64,000 nucleotides of DNA. It comes from Macrostomum lignano (lineage: Eukaryota). Of this stretch, positions 49,260 through 63,031 are shown one piece after another (position 1 is the first letter of the stretch; each line of letters opens with the position of its first letter). The stretch is taken from positions 31,373-95,372 of the forward strand of contig NIVC01003114.1 in the NCBI GenBank assembly GCA_002269645.1, written 5' to 3'. The position numbers and the translations under genes were made by a program. The notes under the pieces were generated by a model. That model saw nothing but the letters and a program-made list of their open reading frames with translations. It did not search any database and was not told the DNA's origin.

Positions 49260-52200
49260 CAGCTAGTAAAGTAAAAGATAGTAGGCGTGTAAAGCGGGTG
49301 GCTTTAATTGCTTTTAATTTTTGAGCGATCTGCCTCGCTGTCTTGCACCTTCTATCGTTCCGAACCATTTTCTCACATCGCTGTACTTCTCCTTGCCCTT
49401 TGTACAAAAAATCCACGGAGTGCGCGCGTACAGACCAAGGACCACTAGGAACACTTCGTTACAGTCCAGTAGTCCCCGTGCGCACCATGGGGTTTTATAT
49501 ACGTCGCTCACCTCAGCGAGAGAGGCCGTGTCACTGCTGCTCTAAAATTGCATTGCATGCATTTTGCATGCCCGGAATGAATCAGCTACTATCGAGGCGA
49601 CAAAAGAGGAGAGTAATCCTGACAATGCAAGAGGACACCAGCGCTTCAAACGGCTAAAATTTTCAAGCACGAGTTGACCAGCTAGAGACGGCTGCTAGCG
49701 GAGGTTCATCAACGGAGCAGATCGACACCAACAGGACGGGGGTCAATGCAGCGGCTATAGACCTGGTGTCGAGGAGATTCGGTCTGCGGCAGGAGCGCAT
49801 CCGCCTGTTTCAGCTGAGGCAGCTGAGAAAGCTGCGCTACATGAACGTTCTGAGCCCAAAGTCCCGTCCAGCCGCAACGTATAGTAGCTGTAGCCAGCTG
49901 GGAATACATGACCTGGATGAGTGGCAATCGATTCTTAACACTTCGCTGTCGCACGACGCAGGGGAAAGTGCAAAGGTACGGGACCCCCAGCCATCTAAAA
50001 CCCTGTTAGTCACCGACTTTCTCAGCAAAGAAGGCACGGTGGTGCACGCCAGGCACCTGCTAGCTTTAGACAGCGTCAGCGACACTCGCTCCCAAAAGCC
50101 TAAGGCTTCGCAGTATCTAGCAAACAGACCCATCAGCAACAATATCAACGTCAACAAACGCTTCCGCAGAGCCAGCCATTTCCAACATACTGTATCTGCC
50201 GAATCTTCAAAGGCAACCATCCGGCCTGGGCGCACGAGTCGGGTGCAGAAGCTCGGTGACGGTCACCTGGCTGGCCCAGCCTCCAATTTTTAGTCTTTTA
50301 AATCCTCAAGCCATGTCCGAAGTCGCGCTTTCCTGCTCCGGGCTGCACAACGAGTTATCTGTTTAGATGGAAAACAAGTCGGACAAGTTCTTTTCAGTCG
50401 GATCCCGACGCCGAGTTCAACTTGAATGACATCAGAAGAGGTTTCTAAATCACCAACCAGAGCAACATTCTCGCATCTAGCGAAGAAAACCACAGATCTG
50501 CCACTTGTCCTGAGAACCGTGAGCAAGTTGAGAAGCTGATCCTGGAGGAGCTGAAGAACAGCAGATACATGCTAGTGAAGGATAATCAGCCCCCTGAGAG
50601 TGGTGGCCAAGTCCTCTGGTGGCCTCCGGCTGATCCACACGACTCCAGTCTGCTTCGGGGCCGGAGCATCAATGAGTACTTTAAGCAGAATAAGAAGCTT
50701 CGCTTTTCGACTGTCAACGCGTTTACCAAGAAGCTGAAGCCGGGCTGGTTTATGGCTAAAATCGATCTGGCCAAAGCTTACCGCTCCTGCCCCGTCAGCT
50801 CTACAGACTACTCCATCACAGGCCTCCGGTGGATCTTTAGCAGCGAGAGTGATCCCAGGTACCTCGTCGACACCTGCCTCGACTTAGGGTTTGCTGCTAG
50901 CGTCAACATCGTCAACCGGTTGTAGGAAGTCGTAAAGCGTACGATGGTTCGGCGAGGGCACCACGTCATCTGCAACTACCTCGATGACTTTGCCGTTGCC
51001 GCGAGCACGCTGGAAGCCTGCCAGGAAGCTTATCGCACTCTTATGAGTCTGCTACGCCGCCTGATTTTTTTTCCATCAACTGGGAGAAGCTATATCCACC
51101 CAGCAAGTCCATGGTCTTTCTCGGCATCCACATCAATACGGCTGCAGGCCGTCTGACTCTCCCGCAGGAAAAGACCTCGCAGCGTATCTGCCAGGTCGCG
51201 CGCACTGGTAGATCGTTACTTCAGGGCCTCATCAACCGGACCAACAGCCTGGACTCGCCTCACCACAAGATGCGCATCGAAGGTCAACTTGGTGAGCAGC
51301 TGCATTGCTGGCGATCAGCGATGAACTGGACGCATTGACTGCGGCCGGCCTTCGCGAACCGGCTGGTGGTTGCGACGCTTGCCTAACAGGTGGCGCCGCT
51401 GTCATTTCTGACGGAACCAAGACCGACTGGATGCATGTCAACTGGTTGGTTGACTTTTATGGTGCTTTGCACGGACTACATCAGCTACACTAATATACCT
51501 GGAGTGTTTGATGACTATGCTTTTTATTATACTTTTCAAGGAGCACCTAGCTAAATGCCACGTCGTTTTTGCACCAACAACTCGTCTGTTGCTGGGATGC
51601 TGCGCAAGGGCTATGCCAAGCCCCCGATGGTTCGAGAGCTGATGTGCACAGCTATTTTACTCGCACTGAAGCACCGCATTCACGTCGATGCGTTTCATGT
51701 CCCAGCTGGCCTGTTTCAAATTTTTAGTGACCCAGCTTCTCGCCTGAGCCATTTAGCATAAACTAATTAACATTTTATTTCGTTACTATGGCACTGTCTA
51801 TAGCTCGTATTGACCCATCTGTTATAGCATCGCACGCCCTGTCTGCTGCTTCCTGTCAATCTCAACTACTCTCAGCTGCTCAACTAAGCTCTGGCACCGA
51901 ATACGAGACGAGCCCTCAGATCCCAGCTGTTGGGATCTTCTGCAGCGAGATCAGCGTGCACCCTCTAGAGGCCGACAGACGGCGATGTCACTCTACGTCT
52001 CCCACCTACACCTCAAGCAACTGGCTGCATTCGCCAGCTTCTCCGCCTACCTGCAGGCGGTGTCGTGGCTCTACAAGCTGGCTGGGAGGACTGGCCCGAC
52101 TGTCGACCATGCGAGACAGAAAATCGGATTGACTCACACCATGCTGCGGCAGCTCAGGTCACACATCGACACAACATTCTGCCGTGGCGCGGCCTTCTGG

Positions 52201-52410
52201 TGCTGTCTGCTGGTCGGTTTCTGGGGCTTGCTGGATGGCGGACATCTGTGCCTCCCTTCTGTGTCAGCCGCCCAGAGCCCGCAGTTGTCATCCGGAGCGG
52301 TGCGGCTGAATCCAGTTCAGTTTGAGACCATCCAGTTCGCTGAGTGTCAGCACAAGGTCTGGCTGCCGCGATTTCCCGCTGCGAATGGGTCTCCACATCC
52401 GCTTTTGCCC
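49260..52410 (+). mobile_element. Younger, defective Ngaro/DIRS-type retrotransposon (gag-like, RT, RNase H, 5' part of YR)
   Basis: MAKIDLAKAYRSCPV, YLVDTCLDLGFAASVNIVNRL, CNYLDDF, HVDAFHVP...SDPASRL, YR-like AAFWCCLLVGFWGLL; several stops and frameshifts; the 5' end is approximate. Confidence 0.85.
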
Positions 52411-54402
52411 ATCGGAATATACCGCGCTCTGTTGGACACCCGCGTGAAGCGTCAATTCGCGGGCGCTTTCATCGGCGCGCTTGGAGACCAGCGCGAGGCG
52501 GAGTATTCCGACATCAGCACCGCCGTTAGAGCCGCTGCAGAGCAGACAATCCCGCTGGTGCGGCCAGCGCAAAAATCGCTGCCTGTCTGGCAGAGCGACC
52601 CGACCATCCAGGCAAGCGCGGCTCAACATCGAGCGACTCCACAGAAACCGGCGGCCCACAGGCGACGCTGAAGACGCGTTTGAGCGCCTTCTAGACGAGC
52701 GGCAACAGGCCGCTGTCGACGACGCCGTCCGGTCCATCACTGCAGCCGGCCCCGACGTGAAGAGCCGGGCAGTGTGGACGGCCGTGGTGCTGAATCTGGC
52801 TGGCGACACCCCGGCGACACCTCGGAGGAGCGCAGGAATGAACTGCGCGACTTCTTCGCCGGCATCGTGAACGCGCCCGCGTCGCCGCTGCCCGCCAGCT
52901 TTGCGCTCCCACTGGACACGCCGCTCCCAGCTGAGGAGGAATTCTGCACCAGACCAGTCATCACGGAGGACGATGTGCTGTTCGCTCGGAAAACATCAGG
53001 CGGCAAGGCGCTCGGCACAGACGAGGTCCCGGTCGAAGCGCTGCGGCTCCGCTGTGTGGCCTCCCAGGTCGCAGGCGTGTCATGAACCGCGTGCTCGCCG
53101 GTGCTCCTGCGCCCACCGATTGGACCGTCGCGCCGATCCCGAAGAAGGCAGGGACAACGCGGAAAGAAGACCACCGCAGGATCTCGCTGATGTCCTGCAC
53201 CGCGAAGCTCTTCAACCGGCTGCTGCTCCATCGTCTGTAGTCGGTGCTGGATCCGTACCTGCGGTACGAGCAGAACGAATTCCGGCCGCAATGCGGTACA
53301 GTGACACAGATCCTCGCACTCCGCCGTGTCATCGAGGAGGCGCACATCCGCCAGTCTACGCTGATCATTGTCTTCGTTGACTTTCGAAAGGCGTTTGACT
53401 CGGTGTTGAGAGCCGCGCTTCCCTTTGTTCTTCGAGCCTACCGTGTACCCCAGCAGCTAATCGACGCTGTCATGGCGCTGTATCGCGACACTCGAGCTGC
53501 TGTGGTGACAACGGACGGCCTGTCTGGCGTGTTCGACACTTCATCAGGAGTTCTGCTGGGCGACACGCTGGCGCCGTTTCTCTTCGTGCTGCTGCTGTAC
53601 TGCGTGCTTCGGACCGCTCTCCTATCGGCTGACGACGGCTTCCTGCTGTGCAAGATGCATCGGTTGCCGCCACGGCGAAAAGCGCCTGAGCGTGCTTGGC
53701 TACGCCGACGACCTCGCCCTTCTGTCCTCGCCCGTTGAAGGCGCCCAGCGCGAGATCGACAGGTTGGTCGAGGTAATATCGAGCGTCGGACTGGTTGTCA
53801 ACACGCTGAAGACTGAGGTGCTGACTGTGCCGGCCGACATCCCAGCGGACCTGACATGCCGCGGCGCAGACGGGCAGACGACCAAGCTCGCACGCTGCCA
53901 GCGGTTCACCTACCTCGGCGGTCTGGTTCCTGACGTGGAGAAAGACCTTCGGCGGCGCAGAGGACTTGCCTGGGCGGCCTTCCGTTCGATCCGGGCCGTC
54001 GTCCAGTCCGAAGCGCTGCCCAACCGCCAGAGGGTTCGGCTGTGGCAGGCGGTTGTCGAAACCGTCCTGCTATACAACGCCGAGACGTGGACGCTGACGG
54101 CTACGCTAGAGCGGCAGCTGGACTCGGCGCACTCAGGGCTGCTTCGTGCGGCCTTTCGAGCTGACGAGAGCGTCGGGACCGAGGCCCTGTACGATCGGGC
54201 CAAGCTGCAGCGCCCGTCCATCATCCTGCGCTGGCGGCGACTTCAACCGGGCCCCGTGATCCGGGCCGAGGGCTACTGCCTCCAACCTGTTTAGGACGTC
54301 CTGCTGCTCACCCTGCAGGGCCCGTTCAGGTGGGGTCAGGCCCGAACCATCTGACGCACCCTGCTCTGTGACTTTGCTGCGTATTTCGTTGTTGTTGTTG
54401 TT
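52410..54402 (+). mobile_element. 5'-truncated non-LTR retrotransposon, RTE-like, frameshifted
   Basis: RT motifs EQNEFRP, VFVDFRKAFDSV, GVLLGDTLAPFLFVLLL, LGYADDL, FTYLGG, VETVLLYNAETWTLT; (GTT)n 3' tail at ~54388-54402. Confidence 0.9.
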
Positions 54403-54514
54403 TATTCTTTTGAAAGGCACAGCATATCAAAAGATGAACATTGGTTCTGCCTACTATCGAAAGCATTGACAACTTTTGTGCTGAAAAATGAAAACTTCCT
54501 ATCTGTGTAGTGTA

Positions 54515-54879
54515 GGGGGCCGTAGCCCAGCGGTAGCGCAGCTGCTCTGGTGTGCCAGCGACCCAGGCTCAATTCCAAGTGCAGTCACATTAATTTGGGG
54601 CGGAATTGGAATCTCGGCTTGGCTCTGCTCGTGCAATTAACGGCCTTGAGAGCCAACCCCCCAAGGCGCAGTGAAGTATACATGCCTAACGATAAAATAA
54701 AGTTAGGGCCGCTGTACACTCCTGAGTGAGTGTGTGCCTGCGCACGTATCCACGCGCTTGTATGCCTGCTCAGGGGAGTCGGCGGAATGGGCAGCAATGC
54801 CTCTCGCCAGTTGTGTGCCTATGTCGCTTAAAGTGCGCCAGGGTGCACACAACCCCCCTCCCCTGCCTCTAATAAAAAA
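54515..54879 (+). mobile_element. tRNA-derived SINE family 2, full length with target-site duplication
   Basis: Head GGGGGCCGTAGCCCAGCGGTAG, A-rich tail, 14-bp TSD ATCTGTGTAGTGTA (54501-54514 and 54880-54893); close copy at 58980-59320. Confidence 0.92.
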
Positions 54880-55555
54880 ATCTGTGTAGTGTATTTTTCG
54901 GCGAAAATCAGCCTCACAAACATTTTCCTAGAAACTTAGTTTCCCTTCCTTCTAATCAGTATTGTAGTCCTTGGCATAAACACATGCAAGTACATGTATG
55001 ATTACATGCAGTTAGAGTTTGTACCAGACAATGCGAGGTAAAGTTCACTCACTTGGACTCAACTTAACTAGCTGGAGCCATGGTCATCTTTGCTGCTCTC
55101 TGATTTACATGTACTTGCAAATTCGTTTATTGAGCATCTAATTGTCCCCTAACTATCAGATTTTTTATCAACGGGCGCCTTTATAAAAGACGGTTGGTGT
55201 CGACATCTGATCTCGATACATGTAAATAATTTATACAGTTATCAACGACCAAATAGAACAGAAGTACAAGACAGATCTTATTCAAAATCACGTACGCGTG
55301 GATCGAACATTTGACCTTAAATGTTAGATTTTTTATTATTATAGTATCATTTTAAGAGTACGTACACTGTACACACACACTGTCATAGTGTTCCTTCGTG
55401 ACCTTTAAATCTTAAATTCATGCCCATAAATATGCATATACTGTATACTATAGCTATACATATTTATTGAGCAAATCGTAAAAAATCGATTATAGATGTG
55501 TCTATTCAGCGAAAACCTCAATTATTAGCAGAACAGTAGTATTTATAGCTAAATT

Positions 55556-56451
55556 CTATCGCAGATGCGTTGGAAACTGACTGTCAAACTCGGGATGAAG
55601 CAACGGTCCCCGGATATAGATAGCCAGGTAGGTAAAGCAGTAGAGAGTCACCATGGCGAATGCGATGCCTGGCAGCAGGAATAGAATCCCCAGCGGCAGT
55701 TCTCGCTCCAGTAGTCTCTCTGGCAGCGTCCATGCAGAGGTGGGTGCGTGCATAGGCCTCTATAACAGTGGACTACCAAGGTGGAGATCCCCGCCCTGGC
55801 CATTTTTTCTGCACCGGAACGGAGCAACGCAGGCAACGAAATTCAAGTTGCCTGCTGACATCACTCGATAAAGAAGTCGAAAGCGTCTGGATGACGACTA
55901 AATTCTTGAGAGACTGGGTCAAATAGTCACCTGATGCCACTTATTGAAGGCCCAGAAGCTCCGCCTGGGTGAAGGCCAGAAGGCCAGCAGGCGAATGCAG
56001 GCACATGCGTTCGATGTGCTGATGAAATTTGGAGGCTTGGCAAAGCTGCACTAATGCACTATAGCGTTTATGGGAAAAAGCCCGACCTTCTGGCAGAATC
56101 GTTGAATATCTCGACAGTCCAGAGAGCCGGCGACCTGATTCTTACTTGAGAATTGTTGCGCAACAAAAGGTTGGCCCGTGTTCTTGAATTTCGTGTGCCT
56201 GGGTTGCTCTGCTATCCCCTCCCCGGTAGTTCCCCTCCCGGGAAGAAAATGGTATCCCTATACTGTTAGTAAACTTTCGCGTTCAGAACAGTATATAAGG
56301 ATTACAACTTACGCATTTCTTTAATAATTTTGGCATCTTCGGTTTTGCACGAATTCGCCTCGGCGATGGCTGAGTCAAGTAAGGTGACGAACATTAACAG
56401 AGTGATTGTCAGAACCGGGCCTTTGGCTGGCAGACTCCATTCAGCGGCCAT
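55556..56451 (-). CDS. Unresolved small gene: signal-peptide exon plus downstream exon(s) that are transmembrane or Cys-rich
   Basis: Exon 56451-56313 (MAAEWSLPAKGPVLTITLLMFVTLLDSAIAEANSC..., donor GTAAGT); candidate exon ~56211-56146 (donor GTAAGA); hydrophobic ORF 55753-55556. I could not build one consistent model. Confidence 0.35.
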
Positions 56452-58119
56452 TTTCGGCCTGAAATCGCTGCAGATATTGAACAATTAAGAATTAACAACA
56501 CAGGTTTCTCACAAAAGCTTTGATTTTTAGGGCATGCATTTTACCAATATCGAGTATATGGAATTTATACACGGTTTTACCATAGACAGTCATTTCATAA
56601 TCTTAAGTGCTATAAATAGCCGACTTTGTATCAGAGAGGGTCTAGTCTAGACAGTCATAACCATATGGTCACAACAACGTCTGGCCGTTTAACTAACAGA
56701 ATCCAAGTTGGTAATAGAAAATATAACGGTTTTTTCTTGTATGAAATAAACATAATTTTAAATGATATATGATTTTCTGTGCTTGTATTTTCTGCTCAAA
56801 ATTGACACTGAGAATGGTTCTAGATCAGGGTTTGACAAGCTCCGGCCCTCGGGTCCGATCAGCGAGTTCACATGATAGCATCCGGCCCGCTCAAGGTCTC
56901 TTCTCAGCTTCCTTCTCTCTAATCTCTTCTCTCTCCTTTTTCTCTTCCATCTCCTCTCCTCTTGACTCCTCTCTTCTCCTTTAGTCCCTCTCCTCTCTCT
57001 CCGCCTCTGGCCACAGACGCGCTGGGCACGTCGAGGGTCAGAAAGTCGAGCGACCGACCAGAATTCGGGGCGCCGACGTCAGCCAGCAGGCAGTCGACGA
57101 GACGAGGTAGGCTGCCTTCAGTGTCAACAGCAGCACTGATCCTAACGACTGATGAAAACTCGAATTTTCAACTCTTCAACGAGGATTTAAATGTCTTCCT
57201 GTCATCCCGGACATAACAAAGCTTGTAGACTAATCTGAAAAGTCACCTTGAGAAAAACTTTGGACGGGAAATTTCGTCTGAACTTGTCCCGCAAACAGTT
57301 GGGATTTCGGGATTCGACTGATCTCTGCTTTCTAAATCTCATATTTCGAAGTTATGTACCCGCGCCTTTGCTCAGTTTCTTCTATTTACATATTTTTCCG
57401 TTGGTTTCATCATAGTTTTGGCTCAGTAAATACAGCTTGTTAACAACCGGCGCCACAGATACGGATTTCACTTATAAACTCTAAGATAAGGCAAGACTTC
57501 AATGACGCAAGAGTTTTTCTGATAGTTGCAGAAAAAGATCAAGTGAAGGGTTATGTCCACAACCATGAAGATGAGATGGTTCTGTGCAAGAGACGGAGAG
57601 ATGAGAGACTAAAACAACCTGGCTTGCCGGTCTGCTGTTTCATTTTGGCCAGAAGAAAAACACTGCAAATAAAATGCATAATCGCGCAGCCACTGGATCT
57701 ACTTGGCTGCTGCCACGAACTCCAACGCCATTGTTTGCTCTCGGCCCCCGTCCCACGCCGAAAGACTTTGGGTATTCTCTACAGCTCGGGACTGCAGATG
57801 CAGAGCAATGAATGAACGAACGACTGTGTGGCTCTAGCTCGTATTCACTGCTGCACAGGCGCGCACAACTCGTAAAAAAGGCACAATGGCATCTCATTCT
57901 CTTAGACAGAGCATAGCTATTTCACAGAGACCCTCAATTGTAGAAGAAACAGAAAGGCAGAGAGGCTACGTTTTCGCATTTTTGGATTATAAAGTAGAGA
58001 AGACAGTCCAATTTTGACGCTGCCTAACCTATAAGTTTGACACTAGAACCCACACAGATTTTTTGGCAAATATCAAAACAAATTTTTAGCACTCTTTTAG
58101 AGACAATCCGGGTTAACCA

Positions 58120-61100
58120 ATGCCTCGTGTTCAGATCGTCTACGACACCTCCGGTTCCACCAGCCTGTGGTCCGGAGGCAACAACCCATTCTACGATCCG
58201 TACTACAAGGGCTACACATTTGATGCGGACCAAATCTAACAATGGCGGCGCGCCGGAACATCTTCGATTACCTGGACAGGCGCAGCAAGTCCGTGGTGAT
58301 CGATGGAGACGCCTCGTGCCGCGAGCGCTGAAGGACCCGGGCCGCCGCGCACCATCTACCGTCAGGCCGGCTCCGACCGGCCCAAAGTGACTTCAATTCC
58401 AAGCGAGACGAGCAGAAGCTGTCCGGCAGGCTGTTCGAAGACCCTGACTTTCCAGCCGACAACCGAAGCATCTATCCGTCGCGATCCTACTCCAGGTTCG
58501 AGTGGAAGCGCCCGAAGGAAATCTGCTCGGATCCGTGTTCATCAGCGACGGTGAGCAGATTCGATGTCAAACAGGGCGAACTGGGCGACTGCTGGCTTCT
58601 GGCGCAGTCGCTTCGCTTTCGATGCACAAGAAGCTGTTCGACCAGGTTGTGGTGCCCGACCAGGACTTTGGCGCCAACTACTGCGGCATGTTTCGTTTCG
58701 GTTCTGGCAGTTTGGCGAGTGGAAAGACGTTGAGGTATGAAGTTTATCACCGTGCATGCCGCAGGCCGGCCATTTTGTGACCATGTTGGATGCATTTTAT
58801 GTATGCAAGCCAAAATAAAATTATAGCTATACTTGGGTTGTATAATAAAATTTTGCAATAGTTACACAAAGTACAAAGAATTCGAGGAGAACGATTGAAA
58901 ACAGCCTTGGAGAAATAGAATGACGAATTTTTTCTATCAGTTTACGAAGTACATGCGGAACTAATTAACATACAGTCTGGGACCGTAGCCAAATGGTCTA
59001 TCGCGGCGATCTGATGTACCAGCGGCCCAGGCTCGATTCCAAGTGTAGTCATTTAATTTGGGCTAAATTGAAATCTCGGCTTGGCTCTGCTCGTGCAATT
59101 ATCGACCTTGAATGCCAACCCCCAAGGCACTGTGAAGTTTACATTCCTAACGATAAATAAAGTAATGACCACCTGTACACTCCTGTGTGAGTGTGTGCCT
59201 GTGTGATGACTTGTGTGCCTGCTCATGGGAGTCGGTGGAATGGGCAGTAATGCCTCTCGCCGGTTGTGTGGCGCTTAAGTGCGTCAGGGTGCACACAGCC
59301 CCCTGCCTCTAACTAAAACTAACATACATGTACAGGTTATTATATGCTACATGTACAACCAGTCCCCCAGAAGCTTGCAATCAACATGCTTCCCTCAAAT
59401 AATGAAATCGACAGATTGACGACCGCCTGCCAACCAAGTACGGCAAGTTGTGCTTCATGCGCAGTGAGGACCGCAACGAGTTCTGGTCAGCTCTGCTCGA
59501 GAAGGCCTACGCCAAGCTGAACGGCAGCTACGAGGCCCTCAGCGGTGGCAACCAGGCCGAGGCCATGGTCGACTTCACTGGCGGCCTGTGCGAAACTTTC
59601 GACATGAGAAGGGCGCCACCGAACCTGTACAACATCATGGTACAGGCTAACAATGCCTGCTCCTTGATGGGATGCGCTATTGAAAGCGAGCAGTTAGAGG
59701 GTCACCTGTCCAATGGCCTGATTACAGGGCACGCTTACTCCGTGACAGACGTGAAAAAAGTGCGACTCAACAACGGCATGGAGGAGTCCCTCGTGCGAGT
59801 CCGCAACCCCTGGGGCAACGAGTGCGAGTGGAAGGGCGACTGGAGCGACCACAGCCACAAGTGGAGCAGCGTCAGCCAGGGCGAGAAGGACAAGCTCGGA
59901 ATGGACCAGAGAGACGACGGCGAGTTCTGGATGAGCTACAAAGACTTTTCAAGCCAGTTTCAACAAGATCGAGATTTGCCATTTGGGCCCGGAGTCCATG
60001 TCCAGCAGCGTCAAGGGCGAGGCAGCCAAGAAGCGCCGATGGGAGATGTGCCTGGAGTCAGGCCAGTGGAAGCGCAACGTCAGCGCAGGCGGCTGTCGCA
60101 ACAACATCGACAGCTTCCACATGAACGAACAGTTTCGCATTGAGATTGTGGACCCGGACGAGGACGACGACGAGAATATGGGCACCATTATTGTGGGCCT
60201 GATGCAGAAGGACATCGCAAGATTCTAAAGGGGGCCGACTTCTTAACGATTGGTTACGCAATCTACTCGATCAAGGATCCGAACATACCTCCGCTGGACC
60301 AGAAGTTCTTCCGTTCAACCGTCAGGTGGACAAGTCGCCCTCCTTCGTGAACCAGCGCGAGGTGTGCGGGCGTCACAAGCTGCCGCCCGGGCACTACGTC
60401 ATCATCCCATCCACCTTCAGCCCCAACGAGGAGGCCGAATTCATTCTGCGCATCTTCTCCGAGAAACCGAACGAGTCCGGCGTGCTGGACACCCCAACAC
60501 CATGGACAACGTGGTGGACGGCGTGTACGGGCGCAAGCATCACAGCACCGTGATGGAGAACGAGGAGCCTTTGAAGAAGGCGTTTATGGAGTTTGCAGGT
60601 GAGTGTTTGCATAAATTTTTATTAAATAATTTATTTCTGATTTTCTAAACGCTGACCAACTGGCATTTTGTGAAAATTTGCAGGAATGCAGCGTACGAGT
60701 TTTAATATCATAGATGGTTATCTTAACGTATTTATTATCAAATCAAATGTTATATCCGCCCCGCTTTGCGTAATTACAAACGTATACTCCGTATTCTTTT
60801 TGATTATTTTGCTGAAAATAATATTAGCGTAAACATAAAATAGCTCATAAAACGCTGCATAAACAGAGGCATGCATTACATGCATGCATTACAAGTATTA
60901 AAGCGCTAACACATTATTAGACTACAGATCTCGCGCATCATGTGTATCTAGTAAGCTTCTTTTCTCTAGTTATTAAAATGGCATATAAAAGCAGCAAGAA
61001 GACAAAGGTTCATGAGATTCAGGTAACGATAGAAGAGACTCACTAACACCAACAAAGATCATTTTAAACTTTTAAAACCCAGGCAGCACGGCCAAGATCC

Positions 61101-61559
61101 ACGCCAAGCAGCTACAGCAGATTCTCAACCGTTCATTCGGCCGCGAGATCAAAGAGTTTCAGGGCTTCAGTCTAGAGGCCTGTCGCAGCATGCTGGCCCT
61201 CGTGGACGCCAACATGTCTGGCTTCATGGAGTTCGACGAGTTCAAACACCTGTGGAACGAGATCCGCCTGCTGAAGACCATCTTCAAAGAGTACGACGCC
61301 GACGGTAACGGCTACTTCGATTCGTTCGAACTGCGAGGCGCACTCCGCGTTGCTGGCTACAACCTCTGCAACAAGGTGTTCGAGTCCGTGGCCATGCGCT
61401 ACATGGACCCCAGCAGGGCAGAGTCTGCTTCGAGGACTTCATCCTGCTGTCCATCCGGCTTAAGACCGCCTTCGAGACTTACAAGGCCATGCCGAAGACA
61501 ACGAAGGCTTTGGCGTGGTGAAGCAGGACCACTTCCTGCTGCAGACCCTGTACCTCTGA
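58120..61559 (+). CDS. CAPN: Classical calpain (CysPc, C2-like domain III, penta-EF-hand), 3 exons, many single-base frameshifts in this sequence
   Basis: Exons 58120-58734, 59415-60598, 61083-61559. [20 protein letters not shown] (catalytic Cys), [25 protein letters not shown] (His), RNPWG (Asn), [18 protein letters not shown] domain. The N-terminus MPRVQIVYD recalls schistosome calpain Sm-p80 (from memory). Confidence 0.85.
58980..59320 (+). mobile_element. tRNA-derived SINE family 2, in calpain intron 1
   Basis: Colinear high similarity to 54515-54879. Confidence 0.9.
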
Positions 61560-63031
61560 AGTCTCCATTTGTACTCGCAAGCCAATTCCTAGACAACAAC
61601 CATTGATATAAGTGGGCTAACGACTTTCCCGAATAGACAAGCAGTTTTCCATATAGGCCAATTTGCACAGAGAACCGCTACATACCCAACAAATTTCCTC
61701 CATATTAGAACTGATTTTGAATTTTTCATCATATTTACTCAGCTATCAGCAAAATGTCTAAACTACCGACCTTTCCCATTCAAGTTTCCACAGAATCAGG
61801 CTCCTCATTTAGCAAAGACGAGAGTTGAGAGAGAAATTGACAAAAAACTATTAGCCTTTGTAATTACACGTCTTTTATACTCATTTGGTTCCTTATCTTC
61901 ATTTGAAATAAATCAATAATTCTATTTTTAAACTTCCGTCCGAAATCCAAGCAGACTCTTTGAAGTCTGTATCAACTTTCCAATTTCTAATGACTAAATA
62001 ACAAATTGAAACAAAAGCATTCGGGGAAATTTCGCTTTATTGAATACAAATAGTTTTTAACAAACACAGGCTTAGCAGCTGATATTTTTATTGTTATTAT
62101 TTGCAACTGTTTGATGTTATTATTTAGAAAAAACAGCACCTGAATCAAGTAGTGCGAGTTAAAATACAGTTTGTTTACTAGCACACAGGAACAACACTGC
62201 AGGAGTACATTAGAGACAACAGACAAGCCAGCAAAGTGATAAAAATGCACTGTAGGCGCTGATTGCACAGCAAATTCACATCGGATGGATGGCAAAGTGA
62301 TCCTACAAAATTATCAAACTCTTGCAACACAGCACAAAACAAAAATAAGTTGCCATCTAGTTGACTATCTATGAGATATCTATCGACAATATAAATGCAA
62401 TCGTTTTGTATTCCGTTTGTGAATTTTAAATACTAATATTACAGCGGACATTGTGTATTGGCTGCTTGACTCTAGGATACTTTTGCCTAACCTGACGAGT
62501 CTTCTTTCTCTAGTACTAATCGATTGATTCTATTCGAATCCAGGCGGTAGCTGTGGCCATTGCACCTGGACTTTCTGAACTCTGGGACTTCTGCTTCCAA
62601 GCAACTGTTGTAATTCTCGTATACGTTTCTGGATTCATGAATATAAATGCGAGCATTGAACCAATAAAAATAACTACAAGCGTAAATGTACCTTAATAAC
62701 CTGTCCCTAGGATAGGTTTTCGTTTTAAACTAGATTGAATAAGCCAGAAAATTCAAATGAAATTTATACTTAGCTAAATTTCCCTAAAACATTCCCACCT
62801 TGACATCAATATTGCAAGCATTGTATAACAACCTAAAGTTCAAGAGGTCCTTAACAATCTAGAGTTCAAAAAGTAGATAACAGCCTAAAGTACAAGGAGT
62901 ACTTCGAGAACTCTAAAACTTCAAGGAGTCCTCTAAATTGTACCTAACCATTAACCAACAACGAAGAAACGAAGCGAAGAAAAAACGGAGCAAAATGCAA
63001 CTCAAACTCGGCCATGTTGTCACTTGGTCAT

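Noticed and set aside
57148-57200. CTGATGA hammerhead core (also ~1929)
   Set aside because: No stem II/GAAA/stem III arrangement found.
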